NCBI GenBank assembly: GCA_012728565.1
Contig: JAAYEV010000032.1
Coordinates: forward strand, 1-53,752
Direction of reading: 5' to 3'
Length of the DNA stretch: 53,752 nt
DNA from: Clostridiales bacterium
GTDB lineage: Bacteria > Bacillota > Clostridia > Ch29
The position numbers and the translations under genes were made by a program. Below are positions 45,517 through 53,752 of the stretch, in pieces (within the stretch, counting starts at the first letter, position 1; each line of letters begins with the position of its first letter). Under the pieces are notes generated by a model that saw nothing but the letters and a program-made list of their open reading frames with translations, had not been told where the DNA came from and did not search any database.

Positions 45517-47465
45517 ACGAAATTAAACTGGACGAGGAAAAGTCTGATGAGATACTTGCCAAGTACGACCGGGAATTCGCCTACCGCAGGCTTGAAGGTC
45601 CGATAGCCAAGTTCGTATTTTTGCTTGCGGTTGCCTGGTCGCTGGCCCATCTGTATACGGCAGCCTTCGGGGTTTTCCCCTCCACGATACAAAGAGCTCC
45701 CCACGTTGGTATTGCCCTGGTACTAATATTTATTATGTATCCGGCCAAAAGAGGCAGTAAAAGCAACAAAGTCGCATGGTATGATTATATTCTGGCCTTC
45801 CTTGGTTTTGTCGTTTCGGCCTACCACGTAATATATTATAAGGAACTGGTTTGGCGAGCGGGAGTATATAATACCACCGATATGATAATCAGTGTTATAG
45901 CAGTTTTATTGATCATTGAAGCTACCAGAAGACTGGCGGGGCCGGTTATGATTTCCTTGGCAACGTTCTTTCTGCTGTATGCATACTTTGGTAAATATTT
46001 TCCGTCCTTCATGGCCCATCCGGGTCTTACAATAAAAAGGATAGCTGTTTTCCAGTGGCTGGGTACCGAAGGCATCCTGGGAACGCCCATCCAGGTATCC
46101 TCAACTTTTATATTCTTATTTATGCTTTTTGCTTCCTTTTTAAAGAAAAGCGGTGTCGGGGATTGGATGACGGAAATAGCGGTGGGTTTAACCGGCGGGG
46201 CCATAGGCGGTCCGGCCAAGGCGGCGGTTATTGCCAGCGCAGCCCAGGGTACCGTGTCCGGCAGCTCGGTTGCCAATACGGTGGGTACCGGGTCGGTAAC
46301 CATTCCCCTTATGAAAAGTATCGGCTATCGTCCTGCCTTTGCCGGTGCCGTTGAGGCGGCCGCATCCACCGGCGGACAGCTTATGCCTCCCATAATGGGT
46401 GCTGCGGCTTTTATAATGTCGGAGTTTTTAAACATCCCGTACGGGACCATTGCACTGGCTGCAGCCATACCGGCCGTTCTATATTTTACAGGGATATTCA
46501 TTACCGTGCATCTTGAAGCCAAAAAGGCCGGGCTTTTGGGATTACCCAAGGATAAGCTGCCCGACTGGAAACGGCTGCTTAAGAGAAAATGGTTCCTTGC
46601 GGCTCCCATATTTGGTATCATTTATCTATTGGTAAGTGGATACACTCCTATGCTGGCCGCTTTTTATGCAATAATACTGTGTATAGGCGCATCCATGATT
46701 CTAAAAGAAACCCGTATGTCCTTAAACGATATCATTTCCACACTGGAGGAAGGCGCCAAGTCCGCTCTGCCGGTTGTTGCAGCCTGCGCAACGGCGGGAA
46801 TCATCGTAGGTATTGTAACTCTCACAGGACTTGGTATGAAAATGTCAGGGGGCCTGGTAAAGCTGGCCGGTGGTAATATATACCTCACCATGTTCTTTAC
46901 AATGATAGGTTCCCTTATACTGGGTATGGGTGTCCCAACCACGGCAAACTATATAATCCAGGCAACGGTTTCCGCTCCTGCTTTAATGACGCTGGGTGTG
47001 CCTCCGCTGGCTGCCCATTTGTTCGTGTTCTATTTCGGAATAGTTGCGGATATTACCCCGCCTGTTGCCCTGGCAGCCTTTGCCGGTTCGGGTATAGCCC
47101 AGTCGGATCCGATGAAGACGGGCGTTGAGGCCTTTAAGCTTGGATTTGCAGCATACCTGGTACCGTACATTTTTGCGCTGAACCCAATACTGGTGCTTAT
47201 AAACCTTGAGGGTCTATCCACCCCGTTGTTCATCTTACGTGTAATCTTTGCATTGGCTACGGCACTGGTGGGTATGCTTTGTATCGGCGCTTCGACAACT
47301 GCCTACTTTGTAACCAACGACAAATGGTATGAACGGATCCTGCTTTTCGTTGCGGGTGTTTCCTTGATACACCCCGGGATTCAAACCGATATATTCGGTG
47401 CGGTGGTCCTGGCGGGAACATGGTTCGTACAGAAATCACGGGTAAAAAGAAAGGCTACAGCGTAA
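45480..47465 (+). CDS. TRAP transporter fused 4TM/12TM permease (TAXI type)
   Basis: GGPAKAAV, SGSSVAN, ASTGGQLMPPIMGAAAF, LGMGVPTTANY, DITPPVALAAF. Confidence 0.96.
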   Translation: MAERQKEDSILLDEIKLDEEKSDEILAKYDREFAYRRLEGPIAKFVFLLAVAWSLAHLYTAAFGVFPSTIQRAPHVGIALVLIFIMYPAKRGSKSNKVAWYDYILAFLGFVVSAYHVIYYKELVWRAGVYNTTDMIISVIAVLLIIEATRRLAGPVMISLATFFLLYAYFGKYFPSFMAHPGLTIKRIAVFQWLGTEGILGTPIQVSSTFIFLFMLFASFLKKSGVGDWMTEIAVGLTGGAIGGPAKAAVIASAAQGTVSGSSVANTVGTGSVTIPLMKSIGYRPAFAGAVEAAASTGGQLMPPIMGAAAFIMSEFLNIPYGTIALAAAIPAVLYFTGIFITVHLEAKKAGLLGLPKDKLPDWKRLLKRKWFLAAPIFGIIYLLVSGYTPMLAAFYAIILCIGASMILKETRMSLNDIISTLEEGAKSALPVVAACATAGIIVGIVTLTGLGMKMSGGLVKLAGGNIYLTMFFTMIGSLILGMGVPTTANYIIQATVSAPALMTLGVPPLAAHLFVFYFGIVADITPPVALAAFAGSGIAQSDPMKTGVEAFKLGFAAYLVPYIFALNPILVLINLEGLSTPLFILRVIFALATALVGMLCIGASTTAYFVTNDKWYERILLFVAGVSLIHPGIQTDIFGAVVLAGTWFVQKSRVKRKATA

Positions 47466-47503
47466 AAGGAAGCAACGGTCAATCCTGTTCATTAAACCCC
47501 CTG

Positions 47504-47548
47504 AAGGGGCCTGCGGCAAAGTGCTGCCGCAGGCCCCTTTCGGTTGTG
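47504..47548 (+). terminator. Terminator of the eam-TRAP operon
   Basis: Perfect 15-bp stem AAGGGGCCTGCGGCA/TGCCGCAGGCCCCTT with a short U-rich tail. Confidence 0.7.
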
Positions 47549-47601
47549 GTTGTTGTACATGATACTCCTTGGATATGAACCGGGCGGCTGTGCTTGACAA
47601 C

Positions 47602-47634
47602 AAAAAAATAGTAACGGTTACCCATTACTATTTT
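47602..47634 (-). terminator. rpmF terminator
   Basis: AAAUAGUAAUGG-GUAA-CCGUUACUAUUU followed by UUUU. Confidence 0.85.
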
Positions 47635-47644
47635 ATTTCCAGCC

Positions 47645-47821
47645 TTATTCTGCCTTGATTATTTCCTTCCCCTTATAGTACCCACAGGACTTGCATATCC
47701 TATGGGGCATCATAAGTTCGTGGCACTGCGGGCATTCCGCAAGGCCGGGCTTTCTCAGTTTCCAATGGGCCAGCCTGTTGTTTCTCCTGGATTTGGAGAC
47801 TCTTCTTTTTGGTACCGCCAT
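47645..47821 (-). CDS. rpmF: 50S ribosomal protein L32 (zinc-ribbon type)
   Basis: Not in the ORF track. Manual translation [58 protein letters not shown] (58 aa); SD GGAGGTG. Confidence 0.98.
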   Translation of the reverse strand: MAVPKRRVSKSRRNNRLAHWKLRKPGLAECPQCHELMMPHRICKSCGYYKGKEIIKAE

Positions 47822-47841
47822 ATTAACACCTCCCTGCGCTG

Positions 47842-48333
47842 CTACTGTTCCAACAATCTTTTAAGCTGCTGCATCCTCGGGTCAATCTCATTGATGCTGC
47901 AGCCGCATTCTTCTACGTTCCTGTCGGCACCGCATATTGGACATAGGCCTTTGCATTCCTCGCTGCACAATACCTTCACCGGGAGCTCAAGCAGTATGCT
48001 TTCCATAACCGGTTCCCTAAGGTCAATGCTGTCTCCCTTTACCGGCAGCACTTCTTCTCCGGGTCCGGCCTCGCTGTACTGCTGGCTGAAACCGGTGCGG
48101 AGGGGGTGCCTTATGGTCCTAAGGCACCTGGAGCACTGAAGTACAACCTCCGTCCGGACTTCGCCCGTCACATACAGTAAATCCCCGTCCCGCTCTATAC
48201 TGCCGTTAACGGCCACCGGGCTTTCGAAGTCCAACCTTTCCCCCCTGTAGTCAAGTCCCTCCATGTCTTCTTTTAAGCTAAACGTCATACGGCCGTCGTC
48301 CCCGCGTCTAAGCCTGTTAACATGTATTATCAT
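47842..48333 (-). CDS. yceD: YceD/DUF177 family protein
   Basis: [27 protein letters not shown]; upstream of rpmF. Confidence 0.93.
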   Translation of the reverse strand: MIIHVNRLRRGDDGRMTFSLKEDMEGLDYRGERLDFESPVAVNGSIERDGDLLYVTGEVRTEVVLQCSRCLRTIRHPLRTGFSQQYSEAGPGEEVLPVKGDSIDLREPVMESILLELPVKVLCSEECKGLCPICGADRNVEECGCSINEIDPRMQQLKRLLEQ

Positions 48334-48363
48334 CGCCAGCACACCCCGTAGTCAACAAATTTT

Positions 48364-48392
48364 ATTATACAAACGGGCCGCATGTTTGTCAA
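48364..48392 (-). promoter_or_regulatory. Consensus sigmaA promoter of yceD-rpmF
   Basis: TTGACA-N17-TATAAT, perfect match. Confidence 0.9.
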
Positions 48393-48399
48393 GGCTGCT

Positions 48400-49593
48400 C
48401 TAGCCTACTATTTTAACCGTTTCCCTGGCAATCATCAGTTCCTCGTTTGTGGGAATTACCACCGCTTTAACCTTGCAGCCGGGCTTGCTTATAATTGCCT
48501 CCTTGCCCCTTACATTGTTTGCCTCAGGGTCAAGTTCCAGTCCAAGGTAGTCAAGGCCGCTGCATATCCTTTCCCTCATGGATATGGAGTTTTCGCCAAG
48601 TCCCGCGGTGAACACCACTACGTCCACCCCATTCATTACCGCCGAGTAGGACCCAATGAATTTTTTAACCTTGTATGCGAACACCTCTATGGCCAGCTTC
48701 GCACCGTAGTCGCCCTTTTCGGCCGCCTGTTCCAAGTCCCTGAAGTCGCTGCTTACACCGGATATGCCCAGCACTCCGGAACGCTTGTTGAGTATGTTGT
48801 TGACCTCTTCTATGGTCTTATTCTCCTTTTCCATCAAAAAGGCTATAATGGCCGGGTCTATGCTTCCGCAGCGGGTACCCATCGCGAGGCCCTCCAGCGG
48901 TGTAAAGCCCATGCTGGTTTCAACCGATTTCCCGCCGTCCACCGCCGTTATGCTGGCACCGTTGCCCAGATGACAGGTTATAATCTTGAGGCTTTCCAAG
49001 GGTTTACCTACTATCTCTGCAGCCCTTTCCGCCACGTACTTGTGCGAAGTGCCGTGGAACCCGTATTTCCTCACGCCGTATTTCTTGTAGTATTCGTAAG
49101 GAATGGGATATATATAGGCGTAATCCGGTATTGTATGGTGAAAGGCCGTATCAAAGGTACCGGCCATCGGCTTGCCCGGCATCAGCTGCTGGCATGCTTC
49201 TATCCCCATAATATTCGGCGGGTTATGAAGCGGAGCCAGGTCTGCGCATTCACGAAGGGTATCTATAACCTCATCGGTTATTTTTACCGAACCGGAGAAT
49301 TTCTCGCCACCGTGTACAACCCTGTGCCCTATCGCATAAATCTCGTCCATATCCTTGATAACCCCTGTTTTCTCATCGGTCAGTACATCGGTTATAAGCT
49401 TAAGCGCAGTTTTATGGTCAGGCATCGGCTTTTCTATAATTACTTCTTCCCTTTCCGAGGCCTGGTGCTTCAGCCTGGACCCCTCTATACCTATTCTTTC
49501 CGCCAGCCCGCGGGCCATAACGCTTTCGTCTTCCATGTTTAGCAGCTGATACTTCACCGAAGAACTGCCGCAGTTTACCACCAAGACTTTCAT
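48400..49593 (-). CDS. ackA: Acetate kinase
   Basis: [39 protein letters not shown]. Confidence 0.98.
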   Translation of the reverse strand: MKVLVVNCGSSSVKYQLLNMEDESVMARGLAERIGIEGSRLKHQASEREEVIIEKPMPDHKTALKLITDVLTDEKTGVIKDMDEIYAIGHRVVHGGEKFSGSVKITDEVIDTLRECADLAPLHNPPNIMGIEACQQLMPGKPMAGTFDTAFHHTIPDYAYIYPIPYEYYKKYGVRKYGFHGTSHKYVAERAAEIVGKPLESLKIITCHLGNGASITAVDGGKSVETSMGFTPLEGLAMGTRCGSIDPAIIAFLMEKENKTIEEVNNILNKRSGVLGISGVSSDFRDLEQAAEKGDYGAKLAIEVFAYKVKKFIGSYSAVMNGVDVVVFTAGLGENSISMRERICSGLDYLGLELDPEANNVRGKEAIISKPGCKVKAVVIPTNEELMIARETVKIVG

Positions 49594-49704
49594 TTTTTCT
49601 CCTCCCCTGTAAGATCAGTGATTAACCTATATTAGTTTCTTCATATTTCATAAATATCCTGCCAAAAATCCCAAAATAATATGTATAATTGAATATAAGG
49701 AACG

Positions 49705-49826
49705 GGGACACACCACATTGGGATGTGAGAGGTGGGAGGTTTGATGTGGGGTTTCAGCATTACTCCAAAGTATTGCCCTAGCTCCCACTTCCCTCTTCAC
49801 ACTTCACACTTCCATATGAATGTCCC
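49705..49826. repeat. Inverted arrays of degenerate 7-nt repeats closed by GGGACA/TGTCCC
   Basis: Left arm GGATGTG AGAGGTG GGAGGTT TGATGTG; right arm read as reverse complement GGAAGTG TGAAGTG TGAAGAG GGAAGTG. Confidence 0.75.
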
Positions 49827-49885
49827 AGACTGACAAACTCAAGGGATGGGACATATCAAACTGTGCATGGAGGTGATGAAAAAAT

Positions 49886-51136
49886 ATGAAGGTTTTGGGA
49901 ATAGTCGCCGAATACAACCCGTTTCACAACGGGCACCTGTACCATTTGAAAAAGGCTGTGGAGGCAACCGGCGCCACCCATTCGGTCGCCGTCATGAGCG
50001 GCAGCTTTGTGCAAAGGGGCGAACCCTCGGTGGTGAACAAATGGGCAAGAGCTGAAATGGCTGTTAGGGCCGGCATCGACCTTGTGCTGGAACTGCCTGT
50101 TGTATATGCCTGTCGAAGCGCGGAAGGATTTGCAACAGGTGCTTTAAGCATACTGGATGGAATAGGCGCGGTAGACTTCGTTTGTTTTGGAAGCGAATCC
50201 GGCGACCTGGAAAAACTGCGGACAGTCTCTCGCATCCTTTCCTCCGAGCCTTCGGAATACAAAGACCTCCTAAGACATTACCTGGCAATGGGCCATAATT
50301 TCCCCACCGCCAGGGCAGCGGCGCTGGAAAAATACATGGACCTGCCCGGGCACGACCTAAGAAGGCTGCTTAAATCGCCAAATAACATACTGGCCATAGA
50401 ATACCTTAAGGCCTTGGACAGGCTACAAAGCGGCATTGTTCCCTTTACCCTCCGGCGGTTTGCCGCCGGGTATCACTCACAGTCCCTTGGGCGTACAATT
50501 GCCAGCGCTACGGCAGTACGCAGCGAATTAACCAGTAAAAACAAGGTAACCAAAAGGGTTTCAAGGGTCCTGCCCGGTACCAGTTCTCTTGTACTCCACA
50601 AGGAACTGGCCTCGGGACGGGGACCGGTATCCTTCGGGCTGTTCAGCCTACCGGTGACCGCACAGATAAGAAAACTGGGTTCCGAGGGTATCAGGCATTA
50701 CCCTGAAGTCACCGAGGGCCTTGAAAACAGGATCTGGAATGCCGCCTGTACAATAACGGAGCTTGACGACATGCTGGAGACCATAAAAACCAAGCGTTAC
50801 ACCCGCACACGCCTTGGAAGAATTCTAACCTACATACTCCTTGACATAAAAAAGGAGCTGCTGGACCGGCTGGAGCGTGAAAATTACCCCTGCTATGCCA
50901 GGGTCCTTGCCCTCAATAAGAAGGGCGCAGAAGTGTTAAAAAGGGCCGGCGCTGTCGCCAGGATACCCATAATAACCAGAACAGCCCGGCACGGTTTCCG
51001 GGAAGGGTCCTCCCTCTTCGACATGTTACAAAAAGAGGCCCTGGCTACCGACCTGTATGTACTGGGATATGTTAACCGGAAATATGCCTTCGCCGGCCAA
51101 GACTATGTAACCAGCCCCTTTTTCCTGAAGGATTAA
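49886..51136 (+). CDS. tmcAL: tRNA(Met) cytidine acetate ligase (YlbM-type HIGH nucleotidyltransferase)
   Basis: AEYNPFHNGH, MSGSFVQRGEP, PNNILAIEY, SATAVR, KTKRYT. Confidence 0.92.
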   Translation: MKVLGIVAEYNPFHNGHLYHLKKAVEATGATHSVAVMSGSFVQRGEPSVVNKWARAEMAVRAGIDLVLELPVVYACRSAEGFATGALSILDGIGAVDFVCFGSESGDLEKLRTVSRILSSEPSEYKDLLRHYLAMGHNFPTARAAALEKYMDLPGHDLRRLLKSPNNILAIEYLKALDRLQSGIVPFTLRRFAAGYHSQSLGRTIASATAVRSELTSKNKVTKRVSRVLPGTSSLVLHKELASGRGPVSFGLFSLPVTAQIRKLGSEGIRHYPEVTEGLENRIWNAACTITELDDMLETIKTKRYTRTRLGRILTYILLDIKKELLDRLERENYPCYARVLALNKKGAEVLKRAGAVARIPIITRTARHGFREGSSLFDMLQKEALATDLYVLGYVNRKYAFAGQDYVTSPFFLKD

Positions 51137-51896
51137 GCCCGGAACTTAACTTTTCCATAACCTCCAGCGCGGCGTTCCTACCGGCATGTATGCATTCTTC
51201 CACCTGGTTGAAGGTCACCGGGTTTATGTTCTTTAGATAGGGGTTTATAATCAAATCGGCATCTATGCCCCGCAGCATGATTATTTCATTCTGGAGTATG
51301 TCAATGCTCTGTATTATTACGTCATATATGCTGTCCATCCTTTTGTCCTCAATCCAGGAGCCCAGGTTAACCCCGACGGTATACTCGGCGCCCATTCTTT
51401 TTACAAGGTCAACCGGCACCGGGTCCACCAGGCCGCCGTCGGCAAGGACGCGGCCGTCCAGCTCCAGCGGGGCAATGATTCCCGGGATGGCAACGCTTGC
51501 CCTTACCGCTTTATAGACATAACCCTTGTCCAGCACCACCCTATCGCCTGTACTCAGGTCGGTGGCAACCACCGCAAGGGGTTTTTCCAGTTCTTCAAAC
51601 TTCTTGCCCCCGGTTAGTTTCTTGATTAACAGCTCCAGTTTCCGTCCCTGTACCAACCCCTTTTTGGGCACCGAAATATCTATCCACTCCCAGGGTTCAA
51701 TACCCACTGCCAGGTCAACAATTTCCAGCACCGACATCCCGCTGCAGTACAGCGCCCCAATAAGCGCCCCTATGCTGCACCCTGATATATAGTCTATTCT
51801 TATCCCCTTTTCCTCCAGCGCCTGCAGTACCCCTAGATGGGCAAACCCCCGGGCGGCCCCCGATCCCAATGCCAGGCCCAGTTTTTTCTGTTTCAT
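51072..51896 (-). CDS. Patatin-like phospholipase (YlbK-like)
   Basis: GSGAARG, GCSIG, DGG motifs. Start moved to MKQKK after GGAGGT. Confidence 0.93.
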   Translation of the reverse strand: MKQKKLGLALGSGAARGFAHLGVLQALEEKGIRIDYISGCSIGALIGALYCSGMSVLEIVDLAVGIEPWEWIDISVPKKGLVQGRKLELLIKKLTGGKKFEELEKPLAVVATDLSTGDRVVLDKGYVYKAVRASVAIPGIIAPLELDGRVLADGGLVDPVPVDLVKRMGAEYTVGVNLGSWIEDKRMDSIYDVIIQSIDILQNEIIMLRGIDADLIINPYLKNINPVTFNQVEECIHAGRNAALEVMEKLSSGLNPSGKRGWLHSLGRRRHISG

Positions 51897-51981
51897 AGGA
51901 TTACCTCCCATACTAATCATATTAAAGAGGCGGCACAAATATATTGAATTAGTAGTTAAAACCGACAAGGAGAATTGCGTT

Positions 51982-53295
51982 ATGCCAAACATCCGTATGC
52001 TTCATATATTTCTCGCTGTTATTATTGTTATTGCCCTTTTTTACCTGAAAATATCTGGAGCAGCGCTAGACAGGCCAAAAAAAAATAATTTATTTCTCTA
52101 TTTATCCGCGCTGACGGTATCCCTTTTTGTAATGAGTCTTATTTACTACCCGGAGGAATGCTACCGCGCGGCGGTGGACGGTGTAGACACCTGGATAAAC
52201 GTGGTTCTGCCCGCACTGCTCCCGTTTTTCATCGGCGCAGAGCTTTTAATAGGCCTTGGGGTTATAGACTTTATAGGCACTCTGCTGGAGCCGGTTATGC
52301 GGCCCCTTTTTAAAACCCCTGGCCAGTCAGCCTTTGTATTTGTCATGAGCATCACTTCGGGGTACCCGGTAGGCGTAAAACTCACCTGCGGTCTGAGGGA
52401 GAAAGGCGCATGCACCAGGGTTGAGGCCCAGCCTATGCTTGCCTTTTGCAGTACCTCCGGTCCCCTTTTCATGATAGGCGCAGTCTCCATAGGCATGTTC
52501 GGCAGCAGGCTGGCAGGAACCATAATAGCCGTATGCCACTACCTGTCCGCTTTTTTGCTTGGAATCATCGCCGCCGCGTTTATAAAAGGCGGCAGTGAAA
52601 GTAAACGGCATTCCTTCAAACCGGTGGGAATAAAGCGGGCACTGGATGCCATGCTTAAAAAAAGAAGACTGGACGGCAGGCCCTTCGGCGAATTGATGGG
52701 TGATGCGGTCAGGGAAAGCATAAATACCCTTCTTATGGTCGGCGGTTTTATCATAATGTTTTCGGTGGTTATCCAGCTTTTTTCAATAACCGGGGCGCTG
52801 CAGTTCCTAGCGGGACCGGTTGAAAAACTTTTGAGCAAAACTTCCCTGCCCCACACGCTGGTGCAGCCTGTCCTAAGCGGTATGCTGGAAATAACCATAG
52901 GCAGCAGGCTGCTCTCCCGGGTGGAAGCATTGCCCTTTATCTATACCGTATCCGCCGCCAGCCTTATTATCGGCTGGAGCGGTTTTTCGATACACGCCCA
53001 GGCAATAAGTTTTATAAGCAGGACCGATTTAAGCCCGTCGCTGTACATGCTGTCCAAGCTGGCCCATGGTATCCTTTGCTGTATAATGTCCTACACCGTA
53101 TGCAGGGTTTTCCTGGCCGGCAAATACATGGACGCCAGTATTACAGGCCCGGGCCTGCTTCCTTCCTACGGTTTTCTTCAAAACCTATTGTATTCCACAA
53201 AGGCATTCCTTGCGGTGGCAGGCTCAATGCTTGCTGCACCGCTGCTGGGCATCCTTGTCTCATCGATAACCGGCTTTTACATAAAGCGAAGCTGA
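51982..53295 (+). CDS. ylbJ: Sporulation integral membrane protein YlbJ
   Basis: VLPALLPFF, LEPVMRPLF, SGYPVG, SGPLFMIGAV, LEITIG, WSGFSIHAQ. Confidence 0.92.
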   Translation: MPNIRMLHIFLAVIIVIALFYLKISGAALDRPKKNNLFLYLSALTVSLFVMSLIYYPEECYRAAVDGVDTWINVVLPALLPFFIGAELLIGLGVIDFIGTLLEPVMRPLFKTPGQSAFVFVMSITSGYPVGVKLTCGLREKGACTRVEAQPMLAFCSTSGPLFMIGAVSIGMFGSRLAGTIIAVCHYLSAFLLGIIAAAFIKGGSESKRHSFKPVGIKRALDAMLKKRRLDGRPFGELMGDAVRESINTLLMVGGFIIMFSVVIQLFSITGALQFLAGPVEKLLSKTSLPHTLVQPVLSGMLEITIGSRLLSRVEALPFIYTVSAASLIIGWSGFSIHAQAISFISRTDLSPSLYMLSKLAHGILCCIMSYTVCRVFLAGKYMDASITGPGLLPSYGFLQNLLYSTKAFLAVAGSMLAAPLLGILVSSITGFYIKRS

Positions 53296-53299
53296 CCCG

Positions 53300-53749
53300 T
53301 CAGCTTCTGAGGTTTTTTACCTCTTCCCGGTTTTTCTTGATAAGCTCAATATACTCGTGCAGCTTTTTTTCAAGCTCGGCCAGCAGGTTGTCCGCATATT
53401 CCTTTGTTCCAATCCTTATTTCCCGGGCATTTTTCTTTGCATTTTCTATTATTTCCTCGCCCTGGATATAAGCCCTGCGAGTGACCTCGCTCTCCTCCAC
53501 CATTCTCTTTATATGCTCCTCGGTCTCCTTCAGCATAAGGTCTGCTTCTTTTTGCGCTTCTATCAGTATTCGGTTTCTTTCCTCTTTTATCCAGTTCGCC
53601 TGCTTTATTTCTTCCGGCAGTATGCTCCTTATAGAATCGATGACCTCCAATACCTTTTCCCTGTCCACCCACACCTTGTCCGAAAAGGGTACAGCCCTTC
53701 CTTCGTTTATAATTTCCTCCAGCCTGCCCAGCAATTCGTTAATGTCCAT
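53300..53749 (-). CDS. Conserved coiled-coil hypothetical protein (family often annotated 'ATPase', usually downstream of coaD in Clostridia)
   Basis: LEEII.....VPFSDK..VD......ID.IR..LPEEIKQA.WI..ER pattern; no Walker motifs visible. Confidence 0.75.
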   Translation of the reverse strand: MDINELLGRLEEIINEGRAVPFSDKVWVDREKVLEVIDSIRSILPEEIKQANWIKEERNRILIEAQKEADLMLKETEEHIKRMVEESEVTRRAYIQGEEIIENAKKNAREIRIGTKEYADNLLAELEKKLHEYIELIKKNREEVKNLRS

Positions 53750-53752
53750 GCC

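Noticed and set aside
49721-49813. CRISPR array
   Set aside because: Units are 7 nt, tandem and inverted, with no unique spacers and no cas genes.
1-53752. tRNA/rRNA genes, transposases, integrases, frameshifted pseudogenes, Sec/Pyl read-through
   Set aside because: None recognised by eye; the genes appear full-length and intergenic gaps are short. tRNAscan and cmscan would be needed to exclude them formally.

Overview
Mostly core chromosome of a motile, probably spore-forming Clostridia-class Firmicute (taxon inferred from gene content and order). Most genes are on the minus strand. Right to left: a conserved coiled-coil gene, ylbJ (+), patatin, tmcAL (+), ackA, yceD-rpmF; then a ~7.7 kb accessory block; then fapR-plsX-fabH-fabK-fabD-fabG-acpP-fabF, rnc, an Elp3-like radical SAM gene, smc-ftsY-ylxM-ffh-rpsP-khpA-rimM-trmD-rplS-lepB-rbgA-rnhB, a FliK-like/FlhB-C-like pair, yraN, comM, dprA, topA, trmFO, hslVU, a c-di-GMP-I riboswitch, and the flagellar operon flgB to flgE (flgE truncated at the window edge). 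The best candidate for an undescribed system is the accessory block between rpmF and fapR. It holds a sigma54 activator divergent from a -24/-12 promoter that drives glutamate 2,3-aminomutase (eam) plus a TAXI-type TRAP transporter, with two matching 38-bp upstream palindromes. It may be an inducible beta-glutamate/glutamate uptake-and-isomerisation module. Other leads: a structured flgE leader behind the uncharacterised TIGR02530-type gene, a sigmaH-like promoter that would bypass the riboswitch, a non-GNRA riboswitch tetraloop, and an inverted heptamer-repeat element upstream of tmcAL. Protein calls come from my recognition of motifs and synteny, not from database searches. Several starts were moved from the ORF track to the codon with a plausible Shine-Dalgarno (SD).
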